Assembly (NCBI GenBank): GCA_036479435.1
Contig: JAZGFI010000222.1
Location: 1-17,352 of the forward strand
Direction: 5' to 3'
From: Planctomycetota bacterium
GTDB taxonomy: Bacteria > Planctomycetota > GCA-002687715 > DRQF01
DNA: 17,352 nucleotides
Below the pieces are notes generated by a model. The model did no database searches, was not told where the DNA came from, and saw only the letters and a program-made list of their open reading frames with translations. A program made the translations under genes and the position numbers. The first letter of the stretch is position 1. Every line of letters starts with the position of its first letter. Shown here piece after piece: positions 7,459-14,444 of the stretch.

Positions 7459-8868
7459 CTAATCTTCGAGGGCGCGGCGTAAAAGGTCACCGAGGTTCGT
7501 GCCCGTGCCGTGCGGCTCGTGGTCGTCGCGAACGATATCGAAGTCGGAGTCGTCTTCGGCTTCGTCAACGGAACCGATGACGCGACCGCGCTTGTCCAAT
7601 CTCGAAAGAGCTAGGCGCTCCTGCTCGGGGTCGACGGAGACGATGCGCAGTTGCATGTCCTCGCCGACTTTCGCCACTTCGCCAACGGTGCGAATGCGTT
7701 CACTTGCCAGCTGAGAGATATGGACAAGGCCTTCGATGTCCTTGTTCATCGCCACGAAAGCGCCGAAGGTGGCAATCCGTGTCACCTTGCCGGTGTGCAT
7801 GGTGCCCACCGGAAACTGGTCAACGACTTCGTTCCAGGGGTTGGCTTCGAGCTGCTTCATGCCGAGGCCGATGCGGCGTCCACCCTCTTTGATGTCGAGG
7901 ATTTGAACTTCGATCTCTTGGCCGTCCGAAAGGACGCTACGGGGATCATTCACGCGCTTGCGCGAGATGTTGGAAACGTGCAGAAGCCCTTCGACTCCGG
8001 GCTTTAGCTCAACGAAAGCACCAAATGTCTCGAAGCGCTTGATCGTGCCCTTTAAGATCTGCCCGATGGACAAAGACTTCACTTCTTCGCCGCGCTGAGC
8101 CCGCACTTCTACTTCCAAAACGGCGCGCCTCGAAACTAAGACTCTTTTGCGCCGCGGGTCGCACTCGAGAACTTTGCAGATCATCTTTTGCCCGATGAAT
8201 TGCGAAAGGTCTTCGATACGCGACAAGCCGACGTGAGACGCGGGCATGAAAGCATTGAAGCTTCCGATCTTGAGTTCAAGACCACCGGTGTTTTGCCCGG
8301 CGACCTGAAGTTCGACTTGGCTGCCGACTTCGATCTCACTCCAGTCCACCGTCACTTGCGGGTGATGACGAACGAGAGCCACCAGGCCATCTTCGCCTTG
8401 GCCGTGGACGAGAAAATCAAACTCCTCGCCGACTCCTGGCGCTTCTTCAAACTCAGCGAGGGAGCAAAGCCCCTGCGAGCGCGGACCCATCTCGACGAAG
8501 ACATCGTTGCCAGCCACGCGGACCACCGTTCCCTTGGTGGTCGTTGGACGCGGTTCGGCGCTGCGCTCACCGCCCCTCGGGCCACCACGCGGCCGGCCCC
8601 CGCCGCCCTTCTTCTTGCGGCGCTTCGGCATTTGCTTTTCAAGAGCGGCTTCCATCTGCGCTTCGATGGAACCCTCGGCGCCAACGGCCTCGTCTACAGG
8701 CTTGTTTTTGTCTGCGGCGGGAGCTTTAGCTTCCGTCGGAGCGATAGCTGCCTGCTCTGGTGCGGCGGCCGGCTCAGGAGTGGTTGGAGTTGGGGTAGCC
8801 GCTGCAGATTCTTCTGGATTGGAAGGAGCGGGGTTCGTGTCGGCGGGACGTTCGGATTCCGAGTTCAT
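7459..8868 (-). CDS. Ribosomal protein S1-like RNA-binding protein (4 S1 domains, ~110-aa low-complexity N-terminus)
   Basis: S1 repeats: KGTVVRVAGNDVFVEMG, GGLELKIGSFNAFMPASHV, FGAFVELKPGVEGLLHVSNIS, FGAFVAMNKDIEGLVHISQLA; C-terminal TNLGDLL tail typical of S1 proteins. May be an rpsA paralogue rather than the main rpsA. Confidence 0.9.
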   Translation of the reverse strand: MNSESERPADTNPAPSNPEESAAATPTPTTPEPAAAPEQAAIAPTEAKAPAADKNKPVDEAVGAEGSIEAQMEAALEKQMPKRRKKKGGGGRPRGGPRGGERSAEPRPTTTKGTVVRVAGNDVFVEMGPRSQGLCSLAEFEEAPGVGEEFDFLVHGQGEDGLVALVRHHPQVTVDWSEIEVGSQVELQVAGQNTGGLELKIGSFNAFMPASHVGLSRIEDLSQFIGQKMICKVLECDPRRKRVLVSRRAVLEVEVRAQRGEEVKSLSIGQILKGTIKRFETFGAFVELKPGVEGLLHVSNISRKRVNDPRSVLSDGQEIEVQILDIKEGGRRIGLGMKQLEANPWNEVVDQFPVGTMHTGKVTRIATFGAFVAMNKDIEGLVHISQLASERIRTVGEVAKVGEDMQLRIVSVDPEQERLALSRLDKRGRVIGSVDEAEDDSDFDIVRDDHEPHGTGTNLGDLLRRALED

Positions 8869-9113
8869 CGCTTAGGTCTTTCGTGGGATCGACAGCCACG
8901 GCGGGGCTGACTTGGTCGTGCGGGCTTCGGTAACCCACCGGGTCAATTCTTGTTCGCGAAAAGCTCAACCCATTGGGTTGGGGACTCCATCACCAACAAA
9001 GCCCGCCCCCGAAAGACGAACCGATGCCCCAGTTTGCCCTCAGCAACGGGTCCTTGTCCATCTAGCTCTGAATTGAATGCGCGGAATTGTCTAAAAAATG
9101 GCCCCGGGAAGAC

Positions 9114-9146
9114 AAAAAAGAACCCGCCGACCGCAGCCGACAGGTT
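9114..9146 (-). terminator. Rho-independent terminator after clpP
   Basis: Minus strand AACCTGTCGGC-TGCG-GTCGGCGGGTT (11-bp stem with three G-U pairs that form only on this strand) followed by CTTTTTT. Confidence 0.75.
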
Positions 9147-9178
9147 ATTTGGGCTCTAAGAGCGTTTTTCAGCCGCGA

Positions 9179-9781
9179 TTACTCGATCTCGCTGCGTTTG
9201 GTGACGATGCGGTCCGCAAGACCCCATTCCACCGATTCTTCCGCGGAAAGCCAGAAATCGCGATCCACTGCGCGCTCGACTTCCTCAAGGCTCTTGGTCG
9301 TCGCTTCAGAGACGATGCGGTTATAGACCTTCTTAATACGTTCGATCTCGCTGGCGACAATTTCCAGGTCGCTGGCCTGCCCCATCGAGCGCATCGACGG
9401 CTGGTGCAGCAAAAAGCGCGCGTTCGCAGAAACAAAGCGTTTCCCGGCATCACCGCCGAGATGGATCATCACCCCGGCTGATGCAGACAGGCCCATCGTG
9501 ATCGTGCGAATCGGGCAACGGACGAAGCGCATCGCGTCCAAGATCGCGAAACCGCAGTCGGCCGAGCCTCCAGGGGAGTTCACGATGACGGTGATGGGCT
9601 TATCAGCCTCTTCCTGCTCCAATACGAAGAGCTGTGAAATGACCGACCGCGCCAGGTCATCATCAACGCCTTTCGACACAATGATGGTTCGCGACTTGAT
9701 CATGTAGGCGAGCATGGGGTTGCCCCCGCCCTCCTTCTTGTCCTTGTCGTCGTCGTCGAGAAAGACCTCGAACTCGCTCAT
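9179..9781 (-). CDS. clpP: ATP-dependent Clp protease proteolytic subunit, 200 aa
   Basis: VNSPGGS, GLSASAG (catalytic Ser), LLHQP (His), DRDFW (Asp); AGGAG RBS upstream of ATG 9781. Confidence 0.95.
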   Translation of the reverse strand: MSEFEVFLDDDDKDKKEGGGNPMLAYMIKSRTIIVSKGVDDDLARSVISQLFVLEQEEADKPITVIVNSPGGSADCGFAILDAMRFVRCPIRTITMGLSASAGVMIHLGGDAGKRFVSANARFLLHQPSMRSMGQASDLEIVASEIERIKKVYNRIVSEATTKSLEEVERAVDRDFWLSAEESVEWGLADRIVTKRSEIE

Positions 9782-9972
9782 TTTCGGCTCCTGCCGTGAT
9801 CTGGGTTTGAAAACCGGGTACCCGCCAGACTAAGGCTGGCCCCAGGGGGACTTTAGCTCCGGTTAGGAACCGGCATCAAGCTTGGGAAAAAGTCCTCTTT
9901 CTGTCTCGACCAGCACCTTGTCCTCACTGAATAAGAATCCAAGCCGCCCAGATTCGAGCCAAAAACCGGCAA

Positions 9973-10030
9973 TACCGCGTCAGACACAAAACCACCGCTT
10001 AATCCCCTTCTGTACGGCGTCCGACACAAA
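9973..10030. repeat. Two-copy 18-bp direct repeat with 40-bp period in a divergent promoter region
   Basis: TACCGCGTCAGACACAAA (9973-9990) and TACGGCGTCCGACACAAA (10013-10030), 16/18 identical. Confidence 0.7.
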
Positions 10031-10061
10031 GCTACACTGGGCTCCGACCAGAGAGGAAAGA

Positions 10062-11576
10062 ATGCCCGAACCACTGTCCCTGTCTCATCGCATTCGAGCG
10101 CCGCGCCAACTCAACCTCTACTCCGTCCTCGTGATGGGTTTTTTCTTCGTAGCCGCCCTGATCGCCGTCAACTTCGAAAACCCCACCGGGATTCTCGATG
10201 TGTCCCAAACGGTCGAGGGCCAACGCGCGATGGTCAACAATCTCTCGCGGACCGCGGTAACCCTCATCAGCACCGTGTTCGCTTGTCTGTTTTTGGCAAT
10301 CCCCTTGACCGCGAATATCTACACGCCGCAGCTCATCTCGCTGTTCGTTAAGTCGTGGACGAACCGCGTCATCTTGTCGTTCTTTGTGCTCAATGCCCTC
10401 TTCGTTTTGTCGCTGACGCGAAGATCCGTGGACGTTGATGTTCCCGACTACCAGTTTCTGCTCGCGCGCTTGCTCGTCTATGCCACGCTCATTCTGATCA
10501 TCCCCTACTTGTTTTCGGTGTTTCGATTCCTCGACCCAAAGATGATCATCGCTCGCGTCGCCGCCGATGCGATGGCCGGGATGGAAGGTCGGCCCGGCCG
10601 CACCCTCAACTCGCGGCGCGACTTGGTGTCGCAGCGCATCCGCCAGCTCGGCAACATCGCCTTGAAGGCCCTGGAACGCTCGGACCGCGAGGTGGCTTTG
10701 TCCGCCGTCAGAGCTCTCGAGGACTGCGACAAGTATTATCTATCGTTGAAGCCCAAGCTTCCGGACCGCTGGTTCGAGATCGACGTCGATCACTTTCCAG
10801 GACTTTCGCTTGACGCCTACGAGCTGGTCAAAGAAGACCGCACTTGGGTCGAGATGGAAGTACAACGGCAATTCGGCCGGGCCTACAGCGCCGCCCTCGC
10901 CAAGGTCCCCGACGTCATCTCGGCGATATCGCGCGCGCAAGGCCTCTTGGCGCTCGCAGCGGCCCAATGTAAAGACAGTGGCTCGCTTGATCTCGCCGGT
11001 CGCCACTTCAACAACTTCTTACGCGAAGCGGTGAAGAAAAAAGACATCCACGCGATCTACGATTTGCTTTACCAGTACCGACTCTTGGCCCGCAACCTTT
11101 GGGAACACTGCCCCGAGCGCGTCATCAAGATTGCGGGCTATCTCAACTACTACGCCGGTCTAGCCGTCCAAAGCGGCATGCCCTTCGCGCGTGAACTCGT
11201 GGCCCACGATGTCGGTTTGCTCTTGACTGAAGTTGCCGATGACTCCAAGGAATTCGAGGAATTAGTGACGACCTATCTCAATTTGGGTCAGCCGGCTAGC
11301 GGCGAAACGATGGACCTGGGAATCCTAAAAGCGCGCCTCGTTGCCGCCAGCCGACTCGCCAACCTCGGCCGTTCGAAAGCATCGGTGGCTCGCATCGAAG
11401 AGACTCTCCGCCCCCACTCCGCTCTCATCGATAGCGCGCAGGCGGAACTGCTGGGCCCGCGCGAGCGCTGGTTTTGGGAAGTCACCGATCGGCAGCGTGA
11501 CTTCAACTACCTCGAAGATGACGAGCGCAAAGAACTGAAGGAGTTCTTGAAGCGCTTGACCCAAGCGCGGACTTAA
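10062..11576 (+). CDS. DUF2254-like membrane protein (N-terminal TM helices, large helical soluble C-terminus), ~504 aa
   Basis: GAGGA RBS just before ATG 10062; about 4 hydrophobic segments; AIPLTANIYTPQLISLF resembles the DUF2254 'xxQ/Y-S/T-P-R' loop; C-terminal ~330 aa hydrophilic and helix-rich. Confidence 0.6.
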   Translation: MPEPLSLSHRIRAPRQLNLYSVLVMGFFFVAALIAVNFENPTGILDVSQTVEGQRAMVNNLSRTAVTLISTVFACLFLAIPLTANIYTPQLISLFVKSWTNRVILSFFVLNALFVLSLTRRSVDVDVPDYQFLLARLLVYATLILIIPYLFSVFRFLDPKMIIARVAADAMAGMEGRPGRTLNSRRDLVSQRIRQLGNIALKALERSDREVALSAVRALEDCDKYYLSLKPKLPDRWFEIDVDHFPGLSLDAYELVKEDRTWVEMEVQRQFGRAYSAALAKVPDVISAISRAQGLLALAAAQCKDSGSLDLAGRHFNNFLREAVKKKDIHAIYDLLYQYRLLARNLWEHCPERVIKIAGYLNYYAGLAVQSGMPFARELVAHDVGLLLTEVADDSKEFEELVTTYLNLGQPASGETMDLGILKARLVAASRLANLGRSKASVARIEETLRPHSALIDSAQAELLGPRERWFWEVTDRQRDFNYLEDDERKELKEFLKRLTQART

Positions 11577-11593
11577 AGAGAGATCGTGACGCA

Positions 11594-12256
11594 ATGGGCC
11601 AAGCCGAAACAAGTACGATCCTCCTCGTCCCGACTCGGCTCGAAGCACACCTTTTGTTTGGTCGGGAACCAAAAGATGGTGAAGCCCTTAAGGAACTGCC
11701 GGGCGCACCGATCTTCGCCCTCACCGGCTTCGGCCTGGCCGCCGCCGGCGTCAAGACGGCGAATGCCCTGCACCGCCATCCCGGCATCACTCGAGCCTTT
11801 TTGCTCGGCATTGCGGGTAGCTACGAATTGGGCCGCGCCAACATCGGCGAGCTGGTTGCGGCAGAATCTGTGGTGGTCGACGGCATCGGCACCGGAGAGG
11901 GAGCCTCCTTCGAGAGCGCCGATGCCTTGGGGTTTCGCCAACTCGAAGACCTGGCGCCCGGTCCCCTGGCGCTCGCTCGCCCCAAAACCGTCAAAACGCA
12001 GGGCCGCTTACTGAGTGTCGCCGCCGCCGCGGGATCTTGCGATGAGGCCGCCCAACGTCAGCTGCGCTATCCAAGCGCCCTGTTTGAAGACATGGAGGGC
12101 TGGGCCGTAGCGCTAGGCTGCCGCGAAGGAAAAGTCCCCTTGGCCATCGTCCGCGCGATCAGCAACGCCGTTGGCGATCGCAACGCCGGGGCCTGGAAAA
12201 TCGAAGAGGCGCTTGCCACCTTGCGCCGCCACCTGCCGATCCTACTATCGCCCTAA
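11594..12256 (+). CDS. mqnB: Futalosine hydrolase-like nucleosidase (PNP/MTAN superfamily), 220 aa
   Basis: LLVPTRLEA, TGFGLAAA, LLGIAGSY, EDMEGWAV and the MqnB-type tail RAISNAVGDRNAGAWKIEEAL. Confidence 0.75.
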   Translation: MGQAETSTILLVPTRLEAHLLFGREPKDGEALKELPGAPIFALTGFGLAAAGVKTANALHRHPGITRAFLLGIAGSYELGRANIGELVAAESVVVDGIGTGEGASFESADALGFRQLEDLAPGPLALARPKTVKTQGRLLSVAAAAGSCDEAAQRQLRYPSALFEDMEGWAVALGCREGKVPLAIVRAISNAVGDRNAGAWKIEEALATLRRHLPILLSP

Positions 12257-13029
12257 TGCGAATCATCACCTGGAATGTCAACGGCATCCGCGCCGCACAA
12301 AAAAAGGGCTTTCTGACCTGGCTGGATCAAAGCGGGGCTGACGTTGTCGCCCTGCAAGAGATCAAAGCCAAGCCGGAGCAGCTCGACGACGAGCTTCTAG
12401 CCGGGGCCGGATACTCGGTGGCTTGGAATCCGGCGGAACGCCCCGGCTATAGCGGCACGGCGACTTTTGCCAAAAAGCGTTTGACCGAAACCCGCATCGC
12501 GCGCGGCTTCGGCGAGAAACGATTCGACCTTGAGGGCCGCACCCTGGTCACCAAGCACGCGGGTTTTTCGCTCTACAACGTCTACTTTCCCAACGGGAAG
12601 AAAGACGACGTCCGCTTGAAGTACAAGATGGACTTCTACGACGCGCTGTTCACCGAAGTCCAAGGCCGTTGTGCGGCGGGCGAAAAGATCGTGGTGTGCG
12701 GCGACTGGAACACCGCCCACAAAGAGATCGATCTTGCCCGCCCCAAACCCAATCGAAAGTTCTCCGGATTCTTGCCCGAAGAGTGCGCCAAGATGGATGA
12801 GTGGATCGACGCGGGCTGGGTGGACTCTTTTCGCGTTCTCCATCCCGATCTTAGGGACGCCTACTCTTGGTGGTCGATGCGAGCCGGAGCGCGTCAAAAG
12901 AACATCGGATGGCGACTCGACACTTTTTTCGTGTCGCCGAACCTTGCCGGCAAGATCAGCGCGTCCGAAATCCACGCCGACGTGTTGGGTTCGGACCACT
13001 GCCCCGTGTCCCTCGACTTGAGGACCTAA
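12256..13029 (+). CDS. xth: Exodeoxyribonuclease III / AP endonuclease, 257 aa
   Basis: TWNVNG, LQEIK, GYSG, VYFPNG, CGDWNTAH, YSWW, GWRLD, SDHCP all present; TAATG overlap with the upstream gene. Confidence 0.96.
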   Translation: MRIITWNVNGIRAAQKKGFLTWLDQSGADVVALQEIKAKPEQLDDELLAGAGYSVAWNPAERPGYSGTATFAKKRLTETRIARGFGEKRFDLEGRTLVTKHAGFSLYNVYFPNGKKDDVRLKYKMDFYDALFTEVQGRCAAGEKIVVCGDWNTAHKEIDLARPKPNRKFSGFLPEECAKMDEWIDAGWVDSFRVLHPDLRDAYSWWSMRAGARQKNIGWRLDTFFVSPNLAGKISASEIHADVLGSDHCPVSLDLRT

Positions 13030-13030
13030 A

Positions 13031-14443
13031 ATGCCCATCGACATCGACGCCATCCTGAAAAGTACCCGCGGGCGGAACTTCGATGCCTTCGAAGAGCACA
13101 TCAACCCCGTCTTCGCAAAAGTTCTGCGCACGATCGGTTTCAACCGCTCATGGGTGCGCGCCGAAGGCGCTTACCTTTGGGATGAAGAAGGTCGCCGCTA
13201 CCTCGACTTTCTGTCGAACTGGGGGGTCTTCAACTTCGGACGGCAACATCCCACGATCACCAAGGCAGTGCGCCAAGCGCTCGACACGGATTTTCCGGGC
13301 TGGATTGGCTTTGATGCCCCGGCCCTGGCAGGAGTGCTCGCGGCCGCATTGAAGAAGCGCATGCCCAATCAGCTCGACATCGTCTACTTTTCGAACTCCG
13401 GCACCGAGGCGGTCGAAGCGGCCATTAAGTTCGCCAAAGCCGCCACCGGCCGTTCCGGCCTCATCCACCTCAAAAAGTCCTTCCACGGTTTGACCAGCGG
13501 GGCCTTGACCTTGAACGGTGAGCCCAATTTTCGACGAGGATTCGAGCCCTTATTGCCGGGCGCGGTCGAAATCCCCGCGAACGACCTCGATGCCCTCAGG
13601 GCCGAGCTGGCCAAAGGCGACAAGGCCGCTTTCATCATGGAACCCATCCAAGGCAAAAGCCTGTGGATCGCCGACGATGAATACCTGTTGACCGCACAAG
13701 CCCTTTGCCGCGAGCACGGCACGCTCTTCGTTGTGGACGAAGTACAATCCGGGATGGGTCGCACCGGAAAATTCCTAGCCTGCGCCCACACCGTAGGGAT
13801 CGACCCCGACATCGTTTGCTTGTCGAAAGCGCTCTCGGGAGGGCTCGTTCCCTTAGGGGCCACGATCACCCGACGGCGCATTTACGATGCCGTCTATGAC
13901 AACATGAACCGCGCCATCGTGCACGCCTGCACCTTTGGCATGGGCAATCTCGCGATGGCCGCAGGTCTCGCATCCTTGACGGTCATCGACGACGAGAACC
14001 TTCTCGAGCGCTCTCGGGTGCTCGGCCAGCGATTCCGCGAGGGCTTAGAGGCCATGATGCCGCGTTTCGAATTCATGAAGGGTGTCGTGCAGCGCGGCCT
14101 CATGATCGGAATCAAGTTCGGCGAGCCAAAGTCCTTGGGCTTGAAGGCGGGCTGGAAGATGGTCAACAAGATGGACTCAAACCTCTTTTGCCAAGCCGTC
14201 GTTATCCCGCTCTTGGACGACCACGGTATCCTCACCCAAGTGGCCGGACACAACACGCCCATCATTAAACTTCTGCCGCCACTGACGATCAGCGAACAAG
14301 ACGTCGACGACTTTTTGGCCGCCTTTGAGGACGTCATGACCAAGCTACACCGTTTTCCGGGGCCAGCTTGGGAGGTACTCAAGAAACTCGGCAAGCACGC
14401 CTTAACCGCCAAGAGCCGCGAAGGGCGCGCCGCCAGTAACTAG
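13031..14443 (+). CDS. hpnO: Class III PLP aminotransferase, HpnO-like (aminobacteriohopanetriol synthase), 470 aa
   Basis: NSGTEAVE, SFHG, EPIQG, DEVQSGMGRTG, LSKALSGG (PLP Lys). N-terminal HINPVFAKVLRTIGF and C-terminal LTQVAGH...PGPAWEV extensions resemble HpnO; adjacent to an HpnN-like gene. Class III call is firm, orthology less so. Confidence 0.75.
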   Translation: MPIDIDAILKSTRGRNFDAFEEHINPVFAKVLRTIGFNRSWVRAEGAYLWDEEGRRYLDFLSNWGVFNFGRQHPTITKAVRQALDTDFPGWIGFDAPALAGVLAAALKKRMPNQLDIVYFSNSGTEAVEAAIKFAKAATGRSGLIHLKKSFHGLTSGALTLNGEPNFRRGFEPLLPGAVEIPANDLDALRAELAKGDKAAFIMEPIQGKSLWIADDEYLLTAQALCREHGTLFVVDEVQSGMGRTGKFLACAHTVGIDPDIVCLSKALSGGLVPLGATITRRRIYDAVYDNMNRAIVHACTFGMGNLAMAAGLASLTVIDDENLLERSRVLGQRFREGLEAMMPRFEFMKGVVQRGLMIGIKFGEPKSLGLKAGWKMVNKMDSNLFCQAVVIPLLDDHGILTQVAGHNTPIIKLLPPLTISEQDVDDFLAAFEDVMTKLHRFPGPAWEVLKKLGKHALTAKSREGRAASN

Positions 14444-14444
14444 A

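Noticed and set aside
9973..10030. Direct repeat as a CRISPR remnant
   Set aside because: Only two 18-bp copies with a 22-bp spacer and no cas genes.
9882..10061. 60-aa N-terminal extension of ORF 9882..11576
   Set aside because: Non-ATG start, low-complexity translation across a likely promoter region; good RBS before ATG 10062.
11594..12256. Naming the nucleosidase hpnG from context alone
   Set aside because: Sequence motifs fit MqnB better; the HpnG-like role is kept only as a hypothesis.
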